Source: Octopus sinensis (taxonomy: Eukaryota). Taken from it: 64,000 nucleotides of DNA. The notes beneath the pieces were generated by a model, which was not told the origin of the DNA, searched no databases, and saw only the letters and a list, made by a program, of their open reading frames with translations. The stretch is taken from NCBI RefSeq assembly GCF_006345805.1, contig NW_021833847.1, positions 1-64,000 on the forward strand, written 5' to 3'. Of this stretch, positions 12,559 through 26,579 are shown piece after piece (position 1 is the first letter of the stretch; each line of letters opens with the position of its first letter). The translations under genes were made by a program, and so were the position numbers.

Positions 12559-15500
12559 TATATATATATAGATATATATATATAAATCTGTAGATGGATG
12601 ATAGATAGATAAGTAGACAGAAAGACAGATAGATGGACAGACAGATAGATAGATATTTAGATACATACATATGCTCTGGACTTGGCAGATTTACCATATG
12701 CCAAATACACCTACCTAACAGTTGGTCAGCCCGGATGTAAATAATATGAAACGCCAATTCCCACGCTGTGCGGCTGAATCTGAAATCACATACTTGCTGA
12801 CCAGTCTCTTAACCATATACCAATAGGCAAGCATTAGGGTTGACCTGACATGTGAATTTTGTGGCCATATAGATATATATGGTTGACGAATAAGTTGATA
12901 AATCTCAAGATATTGTGATCACAGCTCGGAACATCTTAAAGTTAAGATCAAAACAAATTAAGCAGCACGGCTTACGAATTGAGTAGGTTTATGAAACCGT
13001 TTGGATAATTATACCTGATATGAGATCGATATTGCGGGAATATATTGATTTTGAATAACTTTGTCGAAAGATCAAATACGTAAAGCGAATGAGTACATTT
13101 GATTCAAATGAACCAAATAATATCCTGATTTTTATTTCAACCAAAGCAGGAGAGATGAAAAGGAAAATAAACCACAGCAGAATTCCATTCCAGTTTGAAA
13201 TCGTACGATACGTGCCAGAATATGCATTTATCGTGTCTTAAAATCTGTTCCTTGAATATGCCGTGAAAGACAGATCGTTTAACATGGAAAGACAACATGA
13301 CAACCGAACAGCGTGAATTAAAGATCTATTAAACAAGGAAAGTAGTCAAGGCGGTAAGATATATGTGGTTATTCAACAAGATGGGCATAACATCCATAAT
13401 AATCTCACAGTTAACTCTCCAAAATAATGATGTAGATATTTGCCAATTCACCGTCATATAACAAGTGTCATAAATATTTAGAAAGAAGAATTATATTAGA
13501 GCGAGTGAGAAAGGTAAAACAGAAATACTACTCTGATTCGAAATATACATTTAAATTTTAGGAATGTTTAAGTTAGTAAGCTTGCAGAATCGTTTGGAAG
13601 CCATGCAAAACGCTTAGTGGTATATCTTTAGCCTTTACGTTCTGAGTTCAGATTCCATGTAGGTCAAATTTTTCTTTCATACTTTTCGGGGTCAATAAAA
13701 TACGTGCAAGTGAAATACTAGGGTTCATGTAATCCACTACAACCTTCCCCAAGAATTTCAGGCCCTGTACCTGTAGTTCAAAAGATTGTAGCACTAATAT
13801 TTCCAGCACTTATGGTACCGATTTTCGAAGCACATGTTATGATCACGATCAGTTAATGTGACATAAATTAATTCGCACTTTGAATAGAAATTTCAATGTT
13901 TCTGTATCTAAGTTAGATTGTAAACCGTTAGTCTAAGTGGAGCCACAGCTTTTGCATGCACTAAAAATATAAAATTAAAACTATATTACGAAAGAAAACT
14001 TTAATTACCCAAGGAACTCATTAAAATTTACCATAAACATACGCAGAGTACTCAAAAGTATAGAGCTTCCATTTGGCACTAAGGCGATGAAAAATGTTTC
14101 GGTAATATTTTCCCGTTTACTTTTAAAATTCAGTAGAAGCTAAAACTAATTTTTTTTCTGAATACTTCATGACCCCCAACAAAAACGAGTACTGCAAACA
14201 CAAATGCTTAACGAAAAATGAAAATTCACGAATGCCTAGAAAACACCTAAATATATATATAGGCATGTATATAGGTAAGTGTCTATATGCATATATATAT
14301 ATATATATATAATATATATATATATATGATATATGATACTTACATGCATATATGGTATTTATACTTGTATATATATATATTATATATATATATATATATA
14401 TACGTGTTTTGTATATGTGTAGTGCTGTTAGATACACGCATATGCAACATATCTTTATATAAATATATATAAAACCTAGAGAGTAGACCGGGAAGACAGA
14501 ATAAAAATGAAAGTAAGTTTAATATTAATGATAAATAATAAAGACAAAGCAAAACAAAAACAAAGAACCTTCGTCAGAGAAAACGCATCCTTAAGTAACA
14601 TTAGTTCGTTACTTGCCACTTTTGATTTCAAGTCCCCACTTGTGATAACTTTGATTTCTACATGTCTGGGGTCAATGTATTAATTAACATTATTATATTG
14701 ACGAAGCATTCGTCCCTCTGCGAGCAACCTACGCTTACAAATTTAGTCTTATACCTAAGGGGAAAATATAATATATATGGATTTACGTATTTTATGTATT
14801 ATAAATCATGGTTTAATATACCCTAAAAATTGAAAGGAATGCTATCGGTGTATTCCTTGAAATTTTAACTTGGATTTTTGTTCTTATCTTTTTGTTTTAA
14901 TGCGAAACATACGAAGAGAAACGTTTCTTAATTAATAGTAAAAAAAATATCGAACAATGCATTTTAAATTAAAATTGAACATTTTTACATATTCTTTTTT
15001 TCAGTAAACACTTGACCGTTGAAAGCCGCAGGAAGCCTTGTTGGATTTAATTGAAGTATTGTTTTAACTGGCAATTTTTTTTCTAAATAAGAAGGAATTT
15101 TAAATTCATAGAGATATCCTTGAAATTAATGTCATTCGGTACTTCAGAAACGCGAATACTTAAATGAATATAAAATATACAGAAAAAAAAAACAATGTAA
15201 AAGTTACTATACTGGAAAAAGGTTTTATGAAGAGGTACCAGCAATATTTAAATAGAAAATTATTTGACGCCTCAAAGATGTGATTATTGTACAAACAACA
15301 ATCATATGTATGGCTAAGTGCACAGAGGAAAAATTTATTGTAATGGTAAGGTTTTTAAGCAAGGGAAGTGGCCACAGCTAATTCAATTGGTACATCGGTT
15401 TTATTTTCAATTTCTTTAAGAATTTTTAGGGACAACAAATACATTTGAAAAAAAATCGACGCCTCAAAAAAATGTCTTTACCCTTAAATATACGAAAAGA

Positions 15501-15659
15501 AAATATCTGAGAATGTCTATATTTAATTAGTAATGTAACGAATGTAAAAAAAATAATGGGTATAATGTTTGTTTTACCTGACATAGTTATTCTAATTTGC
15601 AAAAACGGTTGGAGTAAATCTTCATAAATAGTAAACGTAATTCTTCTTCATTGCAGTGA

Positions 15660-16030
15660 ATAATGAATTAAAGAAAGGATGTGCAACCATTGAAGTTTAT
15701 AGATTGTATACAGTAATGTCAGCATTGAAAATGCCAATGAGTCAGAATACATGAGGGAAATGTAACGATGGGTTAAACAGGCATTGATTCCAAACTGACC
15801 AGTGGGAAACTACCTACAACGACAAATATAACGAGTCACGAGCGAATGGAAGAATTGATTCATGCGTGGAGACAGGTGGGAAACCATTAATTGCAGCAAA
15901 ATTATACTCATATTACAATGTATTGCAGACGATGGTGGTAGATTTTTTCCTATCGAAAAATGCATGGAAGTTATGTATCTCGGTGGCAGATGTCCGATTT
16001 GAAGGTGGGCAAATATCTCGAGAGTACCAT
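15660..16030 (+). mobile_element. Very decayed mariner-like N-terminal remnant
   Basis: Only weak fragments remain (ERMEELIH; VSRWQMSDL, resembling the RWVP..L motif), with many stops. Confidence 0.25.
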
Positions 16031-16452
16031 GCACTAAAATTCTGGTTGGGCAAGTGAAATATTTCCTCTCAAATACATTAAAGACTCCTGGTTGCTTAAC
16101 ACATTTTATCCGTGATACAACATTATCTTTGTATGATAAGGAAGAAATAATAATTAAATACGAACACTTACAAGAATTTGGTCACATTAGAGAAGAAGAT
16201 AAGAGAAACGAAATCACAGAGAATAAGAAAAAAACAAGGTGAAGAATTTCACCCGCTGGAAATAAGGGAGAAAAGGAAGAGAATTGGTTTCGAAATATGA
16301 TTTACCGATTTTTTAAATCAACCAAAATAGTTCGAAAACAAAATTACGTAGTGGAGTAGTGGTAGTAAGAAATTTACTACTACTACTACTACTACTACTA
16401 GTAGTAGTAGTAGTAGTAGTAGTTGTAGTAGTAGTATGCATGATATGATTCA

Positions 16453-16848
16453 TCTTTATATATAAAAGTGAAGTTGTGTGTCTGTCTCCTGCGATTTAGA
16501 TTCCTAACTACTCCCACATTTTGAGGTGCAGTTTAACCAAAACCGGGTATCTTATAGTCGTGATTCATATCGAGCTCTTCTGGGTATTAGCACGCGTCTA
16601 CAATGAGTCTACGATTAAAAAAAAAATTTACCATCTTTTTTTCCATTTTAATGCATTTTTGTCGGTATTATATAAGGGAAGTAACTCTCTAAAAATGTCT
16701 ACGATGAGTCAACGATTTAAAAAAAAATTACCATAATTTTTTTCCATTTTTAATGCAGTTTTTGCTATTTTTTTGGCTATAACTCTCTAAAAATGCTTAT
16801 ATAGTTATTTCTCTTACAAACCCGAGCAACGCCGGGCGATATTGCTTG
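16453..16848 (+). mobile_element. Non-autonomous Helitron
   Basis: A|TC 5' end (TCTTTATATATAAAAGTGAAGTTGTGTGTCTGTC), subterminal hairpin CCCGAGCAACGCCGGG (16821-16836), 3' CTTG|T (CTAG variant) and A^T target. Internal ~100-bp tandem duplication (16597-16797). Confidence 0.7.
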
Positions 16849-17276
16849 TTACATATATATGTCTTCGATAGTATAGTTCTCTTAGGAATAAAACATGATT
16901 TTACATCATTTAGACCGTAATATTGCGAGCATAAACGAAGTGGCTTCGCCTGGGTAACACTTGTAGTATGAAAAGAACTAGACCCTGGTTACTAATCCCT
17001 ACGAGATGGACATCGATGTGCTTTATTAATAATCAATTTAAAACACTAAGTGTAGGATTCCTATTGAATACCTTGAGTCCTAGACTGACTGGAAATAATG
17101 GCACTCTAATTAGATATTAAAACATATATGATGAAATCTGTGGGCAACGATTCTCCAATTCCCTCCAATCATTCACATTAAGAGAACAAATGGGATAAGA
17201 ATATAAAGATATATATATGCGTAGTCCAACCTGTAATTAAAAAAATACTACTATAATATTCCTATGATATATTCAG

Positions 17277-17330
17277 AAACGTATTTTTGATCCCAATATT
17301 TCAGCGTTTAAACACTCTTGCCAGTTTCAG
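17277..17330 (+). other. Weak candidate exon (54 nt, or 26 nt from 17305)
   Basis: tattcag| or tttcag| acceptor and CAG|gtaagt donor at 17331. Two frames are open (KRIFDPNISAFKHSCQFQ / NVFLIPIFQRLNTLASF). No recognisable homology. Confidence 0.2.
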
Positions 17331-17519
17331 GTAAGTTTCTTTAGTTTAATGTTCTCAGAATTTCAAGTAAAATTATTATAATTCTTCACCTCAGAAATTC
17401 ACACATAATTTTGAAATAATGTTACATAATAGTAATCAAACTCAATTTATTAACATTTTTGTTTATAGTTTTTTCGTTGATGCCAATATATACGTGCATA
17501 GAATTGGAACGTTTCTTTG

Positions 17520-17549
17520 CTATTATTATTATTATTATTATTATTATTA

Positions 17550-17583
<34 letters not shown>

Positions 17584-17600
17584 CATCATCATCATTATTA

Positions 17601-17655
<55 letters not shown>

Positions 17656-17729
17656 CATCATCATTATTATTATTATCATTATTATTATTATTATTATTAT
17701 TATCATTATTATTATTATCATTATTATTA

Positions 17730-17825
<96 letters not shown>

Positions 17826-17862
17826 CATCATCATCATTATTATTATTATTATTATTATTATA

Positions 17863-17939
<77 letters not shown>

Positions 17940-17945
17940 CATCAG
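17520..17945. repeat. (ATT)n/(ATC)n trinucleotide array
   Basis: About 420 bp, seen directly. It explains the poly-I/Y/L ORFs at 17419-18105. Confidence 0.95.
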
Positions 17946-18231
17946 TATTATTGCTGTTGTTGGTAGTGGTGGTGGTGGCTGTGGTGGCGGTGATAGAATT
18001 GTTATTACCATCATCATCATCATAATGCTTGTAAATTCCACCCCATCGTTTTTAAATTTTTTTTCTTTCATTGTAACGTTTCCTCATCCGTCATCTTTCT
18101 GGTAAGAATGAAAAAAAATTAAAAACCTAATGTTAATTATAATTCGTGAACATGCTTGTAGTAGTAGTAGCAGTAGTAGTAAAATTAGTATTGGTAGTTT
18201 TTGCTACTGTAGTTGAAACACCAACATTATT

Positions 18232-18265
<34 letters not shown>

Positions 18266-18547
18266 CATCATCATCATCATCATTATCATCATCATCAACG
18301 TTAGCAGAATCAGCGGCTGGTGTGGCGGTGCATGTGATGGCGGGTGTGACGGCGGTGACAAATGCTGAAGCAGCGGCATGCAGAGTTACTGATAATTATT
18401 TCTGAAAGTTCAGCATATTTCAAACCATAAAAATAGCGGGCTGAATAGAATAATGGAATTAATTAAAGACCGCGTGTTTAAATCATGAAAATACTTTAAA
18501 ACAGAACCAAAACAAAACTCACAAATAATATAATAACATAAAATCAT

Positions 18548-18618
<71 letters not shown>

Positions 18619-18775
18619 GTGTGTGGTGTGTGTGTGTGTGTGTGTGTGTGTGAGTGATATATATTATTAATATATATATAAATATATATATGAATATATA
18701 TATATTATATATATATACATGTACATAATATATATATGGCATATATACATACATAACATATATACATACATATAT

Positions 18776-18825
<50 letters not shown>

Positions 18826-18974
18826 CATATATATATATGCATATATACATACATTACAGATATATACATATTATATGTATATATATATATAATATATACA
18901 TATAAGTATATAATATATATATACATACATATATACATTACATATATATACATATATGTATATATATTATGTAA

Positions 18975-19032
<58 letters not shown>

Positions 19033-19368
19033 CATACATATTACAGCATCATTAGGAAGCACCTCTATGAATTATCTGCTACGGTAGTGAAAGCTTGAGT
19101 CAGTGAAAGAGAAGAGTAATCGTTATAGGAATTAAGGGCAATGAGGAAAGAGTAACATAGAAACGTGTGATGAGGAGGCGGTTAGATGCAAGGAGCTGAA
19201 AATGTTGAAAATATGCCGGACTAAAATGGACGCCAAAAATATTATTTTAGCCCTAAAATAAAAATGAAGAGAGTTCAACGTAAAACTTATAATTAATACA
19301 TCGACTGATGATAATCACACGAGTGTCACGACACATATATATAATAGTGCTTGTGCCACAACATCACA

Positions 19369-19422
<54 letters not shown>

Positions 19423-19616
19423 GCTGTCACCATTACTATGAGATTTTACTGTTGAGGAATATAATAGAAATAACGATTACTAGATTGTTGTTGTTGTTGA
19501 TGATGATGGTGGTGATGATGATATTTAAGACGTTTACTATAAATATCAAAGACAACCGTACCACTTGCCAGCAGCATCGGTACCAACTGTAAAATCAAAC
19601 GCAATACTACTAGTAA

Positions 19617-19672
<56 letters not shown>

Positions 19673-19879
19673 ATATTGCTAGTAGTATTAGTAGCAGCAA
19701 TAAATGTGATGTTGATGATAATAGTACATATTCACTCTGCCGATCTAAGGAGAAGTGCAATCCTGTTTTCTCCAGAATCCCGAGAAAATTCTTTAGATTC
19801 GCAGAGACATGTTGTCACCAAGTATGAAGAAATCACCCTTGCTGACTATTAAATCGTGTTATAATTATGATGTATTAAA

Positions 19880-19945
19880 GACGATGACGATGACGATGGT
19901 GATGATGACGACGATGATGATGATGAAGATGACGACGACGACGAC

Positions 19946-20020
<75 letters not shown>

Positions 20021-20025
20021 GATGC
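19880..20025. repeat. (GAT/GAC)n trinucleotide array
   Basis: Seen directly. It explains the poly-M/S/D ORFs. Confidence 0.95.
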
Positions 20026-20044
20026 GTACACAGTATTAGAGCAG

Positions 20045-21310
20045 AAGAAAACAAAATAACAGGTACGTAAAAAATGCCACAGAACTGTTATTATTAGAAG
20101 TAAGAAGTTTTTTATTCTTTTGTAGGATGAAAGATTGCAAATATAAAGTACTGTACAAGCAATTGAAAACGATTGAAACTGAAAATAGGTGGGTAAAGAA
20201 AAAATGCATGAACAATTTCATAGGGTAGACAGAGAATAATAGGGCTGTGGATAACATATTAAAACTGGAAACGGAGGCTCTAATTTGTGTTGCCAAAGAG
20301 GAAGCACTAAGAACAAACTACATAAAATACAGAGTAGGCAACAAATCAGAAAGTGATAAGTGCAGAATCTGTGGTGGAAGCACTCCGTCGGTTACGACGA
20401 CGAGGGTTCCGGTTGATCCGAATCAACGAACAGCCTGCTCGTGAAATTAACGTGTAAGTGGCTGAGCACTCCACAGACACGTGTACCCTTAACGTAGTTT
20501 CTCGAGATATTCAGCGCGACACAGAGAGTGACAAGGCCGCCCTTTGAAATACAGGGTACAACAGAAACAGGAAGTAAGAGTGAGAGAAAGTTGTGGTGAA
20601 AGAGTACAGCAGGGATCACCACCATCCCTGCCGGCCTCGTGGAGCTTTTAGGTGTTTTCGCTCAATAAACACTCACAGCGCCCGGTCTGGGAATCGAAAC
20701 CGCGATCCTATGACCGCGAGTCCGCTGCCCTAACCAATAGGCCATTGCGCCTCCACTGCAGAATCTGTGGAAAAAATGGTGAAACCGTATGGCATATTAC
20801 CAGCCAATGTACGCCATTAGACCAGAAGGAATATAAGAGACGCCAGGACAATATAGCCAGGCTTGTCCATTGGACACTTTGCAACAAGTATGTACTTGAC
20901 AGAAAAATATTGGTACGACCACAAACCCGAAGTCACCATAATCGAAAATGATAATGCAAAGATCCTGTGGGATTTTATGATACAGTGCCACCATGAGATA
21001 GAGAATAGGAGCCAGACATAGTCTTAATTGAGAAAGAAAACAAACTGCTGGATCCTAGATATAGCATAACTACAAGGTATGCAATAAGGAGGAAACAAAT
21101 GTCGATGGGTATGGCAGGTAAGCTTGGGAATTTAAACAGTTGTGATCGATAAAACGTGATAGTGGTAAAAATAACTGTCAGCGCCATGGGAACAGTGAGT
21201 AGAAGTCTCGAGAAGTACATGGAACAAATAGGAGTTGCAATAATGGTGAAGCACTTGCAGAAATCAGCACTGCTTGGAACCACTCGAATACTCCGGAAGG
21301 TGCTCGAAAA
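20045..21310 (+). mobile_element. R4/Dong non-LTR retrotransposon 3' part (post-RT, CCHC knuckle, RLE nuclease), interrupted by a SINE
   Basis: KLETEALICVAKEEALRTNYIKY..DKCRICG[SINE]KNGETVWHITSQC..EYKRRQDNIARLVHW..WYDHKP..ENDNAKILWDF..RPDIV..IVVKITVSAMGTV..LQKSALLGTTRILRKVL, read across frameshifts. Confidence 0.85.
20375..20756 (-). mobile_element. tRNA-derived SINE, type B (tail 1), with 14-bp TSD
   Basis: Head GTGGAGGCGCAATGGCCTATTGGTTAGGGCAGCGGACTCGCGG..GGTTTCGATTCCC with A and B boxes. TSD TGCAGAATCTGTGG at 20361-20374 and 20757-20770. Confidence 0.9.
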
Positions 21311-21555
21311 TAAGAGGTGGTACCTTAAAAGAATATACCTTATGCAAAATATTTAAAATCCAACACCTTACTAAAGATACTATGCGCTCTGGACACAATG
21401 CATTGCAAAATTTTTTTAATTTCATCTAGTTTCAGCTCACGAGCTGTGGCCATGCTGGGGCACCGCCATGTTTTATTTTTAACCAGTTTCTTATACAGCG
21501 TTTCAGTTAAATAGGAGTTCGTGGGAAATATGCTGCGAAGAAATGAAGCTAATAA

Positions 21556-21798
21556 GAATAAAGTAAAAATAAATGCGCCTTTTTAAAGCCTACCTAGGCT
21601 CATGGGCCCGGTTGCCTGGTTTCAATGGCGTATGTGTTCCCCATCGCCGCATCACTCATTTTTGACAGCTGAGTGGACTGGAGCAACGTGAAATGAAGTG
21701 TTTGGGTCCAGAACACAACGTGTCGCCCGGTTCAGGAATCGAAGCCACAATCTTAGGGTTATGATGCTGACACCCTAACCACTAAGCCACCCGCCTCC
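21556..21798 (-). mobile_element. tRNA-derived SINE, type C (CORE-like body), with 11-bp TSD
   Basis: Homologous to 49082-49330. TSD GAAGCTAATAA at 21545-21555 and 21799-21809. Confidence 0.8.
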
Positions 21799-22498
21799 GA
21801 AGCTAATAATGCAAGATTTTAATTCGGCTTCTTATCAACTACAGTACCCCCGATGAAGTTCATTACGGATCATTGTTAAGAAAGTTCCGAACCAAATGAG
21901 CTGAAGTAGCGTTGCAACTTATGTTTTGTGTATAATATAGAATTTGTTGATGAGAAATATATACAAAAAATATATATATAATAGAATCAGTTTGATAAAA
22001 TATATAAAAAGTCTTAAAATATTACATTAGTAGCCAGTTATGTGTAGAAGATAGATCAATTAATGTCAAATTAAATACATATAAATACTGACGCGTAACC
22101 AAACACCACAAACACACATATAAATCATTTAGAGACGTAGGCGCAAGTGTGTGTAGGAGAAGTTAATAAACATATATATATTTTCATAATGCGTATCGTC
22201 AATAATGCCAAATAGGCTACAGAAAAGTGCTCATTAAGGAATTTAAAAGTATAGTAATTAGACACATGAAAACAATGTAACTGAGAATAAGATGGCACGG
22301 AATGGATGGATTTGGAAAACTTGATATAATGCATATACGTACATATATACACACACAGACACACATATACACATATATATATACATATATATATATTTAT
22401 GTATATGTGTATCTACATACATATGTGTATATCTATCTATTTATCTATCTATCCATATATATATATCTATAGTGTGGTATACACACACACACACACAA

Positions 22499-22555
<57 letters not shown>

Positions 22556-22879
22556 CACAATACATATGTACTATATACATGTATATATATACATATAAAC
22601 ATATATATATGTAATAAACTATGTGTTTATATATATATAATATATATATATATTGGCATGCATATGTATACACATGTATATGTGTGTCTGTGTGTGCGCA
22701 TTGCGAGTCAGTATTTATGTGTCTGTATGTGTATATTGAAGTTTCAACTATTTAATTATTGGTTGTCGCGGCCGATACCAGTCTGCTTTCATATAACCAA
22801 TCTTCATTTATATGTAGCCGTCTCATGCAGGCATGTTCCTATATAAGTACACAAACAACAACAAACACACACGCACGGA

Positions 22880-22936
<57 letters not shown>

Positions 22937-23689
22937 ATATATATATAATATATATATATATATTTATATATGTTTACACTCATTCGTTCACACATATACT
23001 TATAGAGATGTTAGCACTACTACCTGCCTGTGTACTTACATTCACTCCTCTATAAACTGTATCATTCACGTACAATCAAGAGAAGGTTTATGTGTATTAT
23101 AGAGTGGTCCTTCAAAATAAATTGCCTCCTTAAGTCTACTCACCTAAAGTAAGATTAACTTACTATTATATTATATTTTTATATATAATTTCTTATGATT
23201 TCTAAACCAATCCTTTCTTACTGATACCAAATATATAAGATCATTTTTACTTCAAGCATTATTCTTATAAGTTTGTACTATTTTCTTAAATTATTAAATT
23301 ATTTATGAAGAACCGATTACGTAATCAGCAATAATTAACGATAGTGAGTCTATAATTAAATATATGAAATAAGTTAGAGATATACCAAATATTGCTCTAC
23401 TTAGTAATTATAAATATTTCATTATACGTTATTTCTTAAACATTTATTTCAAACTTGTGGCTTCACCATTTTCAATAAATATTCCTCGTTTTCTTTCATT
23501 CCTTAAGTTCTAAAACTTTTAAAGTTTATTTTCTGCATCAATTGATTAGAAATTGCATCACCAACCATTGTAACTTCTCATCATAAAGTGCCAATTTTTT
23601 TGTTCTTTTCGTTCGAGCCGCTAGATATAACATGTATATATCTCTTGTGTTGCGTTTGGTATGTTTAGATATATCGTTCGGCTTTAATA

Positions 23690-23860
23690 AAGTGGTGAGC
23701 TGGCAGAACGGTTAGCACGCCAAGCAAAAATCCTTCGCAACGTTTCGTTGGTCTGGTACGTTCCGAGTTGAAATTCCTTCGAGGTCGACTTTGAATTTCA
23801 TCCTTTCGGGTTCGATGAATTAAGAACCAATTGAGCATTGGGTTCGATGGAGTCGACTGT
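23690..23860 (+). mobile_element. SINE type E, diverged partial copy
   Basis: gtggtgagctggcagaacggttagcacgcc...gaggtcgacttt..tttcatcctttcggg.tcgat, homologous to 39809 and 63043. Confidence 0.75.
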
Positions 23861-25373
23861 TTCACTCTCTCAACATTTCAGACCTTGTGCTCTTATTAGA
23901 AAGGACTATTATTTCACACATTAGGCCCTCTCAAATAATTTTTGAAATTACTCCAAACTCCTTCTCTAGATATTTTTTTCTCAGTGAACCAGAATTATTA
24001 CAGGCATATTCACTATTCACTCTTGGATTTCTCTGCAGTAATGGTTCTCGTTACGTTTTCCTTGCATTATAGCTGAGGAAATTCGGAACCGGTCAAATTT
24101 TGAATTGTATTTTTCTTTCACCTTTGACGATGTTTTCTTTACTCTTTCTTTGTTATGCACAACACGTGATATCAGAGCACGTATTTATCTAATGTCCAAG
24201 AATCTGCATACAATTATTATGCATACTTTCACGTAAGAATGAGTTACTGATAAGATTTCTGGTTGTCGATGTTTTCAAAGTTCACCCTAGAGGTTTTTAT
24301 TGTGAAATAACATCCATGTTACTGACACATTATAAATAACGAGAATTTACATAATAGATATTAATTTATATATTTCAATCTAACTTCTATATAAATCATC
24401 ATTCTAATCAATGTGATTTCATCTTCCTGTATCTTATCAGCATTCTAGACGAATAACGTAATAAATCTTTAAATGAATGTCTGATTGTCCTACAGTTATG
24501 AGCAAAGAATTAATTGTTTCATTTAATTCTATCCAGTTCGGCGTGGTGAATAACGTCGATAATTTTTGAACTCAAAATATATTGGTTTCTAATTACGCCA
24601 AATTCCTTCCAAATTATCTAGCAGTGATAATATCTTCGTTGATTAATGTATTATAATATATGTTGATGTACTTTAGGAGTCTCTCTCTCTATATATAATG
24701 GTCGTTTTTTTAAAAAATCAATTTATGTAAAGTTTGTCTGGGAAAGAACAGATAAAAGATATTTCCAATTCATTTTAGGATATACAGTGTATTCTTTAAA
24801 TAGCATGACGAACGTATTAAACTGTACTGAAAATATAAAATCTTCAGTGTAAATTTAATAACATATACATTCGTAGTTTTCTTGTTATATTTTATTGCCA
24901 GAAGCTCAAATTTTATTCCTTTATACAAAATCGTGCTTCAAGTAGCAACTTATCAAATAAAAAGTAAAATATAGTATATTTAAAACGAACATTTACATCT
25001 TTAATAACTTCAATATTCATCTTCGATTTCAAATATAAGTCCCAGAAAATATTACATTTCTTATAACTTAAGCGTTACTCACATACCTGCCAGCAATTGA
25101 AAAATATAAACATGATATCAATATGCTATATAGTATTTATTCAATGTCCGACTTGCTTTCTTTCTAGCATTATCTAATATAATACTGTTATAATATAGGT
25201 CAATGTTCCTCAAATTGTCTAATATTCTTATTTTATTCGATGCGGATAAAATGAGACCCCAACGTCCATTGATAAATTGGAGATGGAATGAGGTCTAAAT
25301 TTCATCGCTTATTCCCTCCAAATCTCTGACTTCCGAATGTCTGTTTTCCTAATCCCTGCGTGAACATCTAAAG

Positions 25374-25440
25374 CAATACAATATCGATCGATGGTTTGAA
25401 ATATGTGAAAATCGCACAAATGTGTACCGTATTGAATTAG
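25374..25440 (+). other. Weak candidate coding exon (67 nt)
   Basis: cctaat..ctaaag| acceptor and TTAG|gtaaac donor. Open frame QYNIDRWFEICENRTNVYRIEL in non-repetitive DNA. No recognised homology. Confidence 0.2.
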
Positions 25441-25869
25441 GTAAACACAACATTACCTGAAAAACGAAAAAAAGGAGAGTATAGTAGTAACTGCCTGTGG
25501 TTCCTAAATAAATAGGAAGAAGGCTTCAAGAAATTTTTTTATTAACTGCTGAAAATGTATAGGCATCGCTAAAGACATATTTGATGTTCATCTACGGCTG
25601 TACTATGGATATATCCCGGTCTTTTGAATCTAAGCAGTACAGTATAGCATGCGAGGAGTTTGCCTTCATTAATAGAGAAATATTTTGCAAATCGGAATTA
25701 GGAACGATTAATTGGTTGTAGATTTTGTATATCTATCCAGAAAAAAAGTGGAATGAAATAGTCTTGAAAATAAAATGTGATTGTTCACTCTTCTGTCTGC
25801 TAATCATCTAGAGTTTATTCTTGCTGTAACAACTAAAACACAGATAGTCCAGCAATGGCAGCTACTCCG

Positions 25870-25913
<44 letters not shown>

Positions 25914-26235
25914 TTATACATTGTATAATAATTAATGTGTCTAATTTGATTATCCATGAAATTGCTTCTCTCTCTCCCTCTCTTCCTCTCTCTTTTACGC
26001 GCTCTCTATATTTATATACACACACACACACATATATATATATATACAATATATACACATATAATTTTATACAATATCTATGTATGTATGTATGTATCTA
26101 TGTATCTGTATATATATAAACACATAAATATACACAATTATATATATAATTCGTCTTGCCTATAAATCTTTCCTGCCTATCATTTCTCCACATCGGTCAA
26201 CACCACCCCCCTATTTATTGACTTATACATATATT

Positions 26236-26277
<42 letters not shown>

Positions 26278-26306
26278 ACCACACATACATCCCACACCTC
26301 ACATGC

Positions 26307-26353
<47 letters not shown>

Positions 26354-26579
26354 TAGAGATAGATAATGGTCAATGCCTATTTACTAGTATGTTCCCGTAG
26401 AATTTAGAAATGTAAATATTTAGAGGTAGCTGCCATTTTTTATCAAGAAACAGCAATCATCATCATCATCGCCCACCTCTCTCTCCCTCTCTCTCTCTTT
26501 CACTCTTTCTTGATACAAACACATAAATACAAACACCCCCCCCCCATATATTTATACATAAACTGGATGTATTACTTAC

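Noticed and set aside
20690-20756. tRNA-like sequences at SINE heads (also 48800-48869, 31247-31320, 63043-63130)
   Set aside because: They have A and B boxes but no complete cloverleaf or acceptor stem, and they continue into SINE bodies. They are not tRNA genes.
25100-25290. Minus-strand frame containing LDNLRNIDLYYNSI (LRR-like)
   Set aside because: The spacing between the putative LRR asparagines is 16 aa, too short, and the frame is bounded by stops without convincing splice sites.
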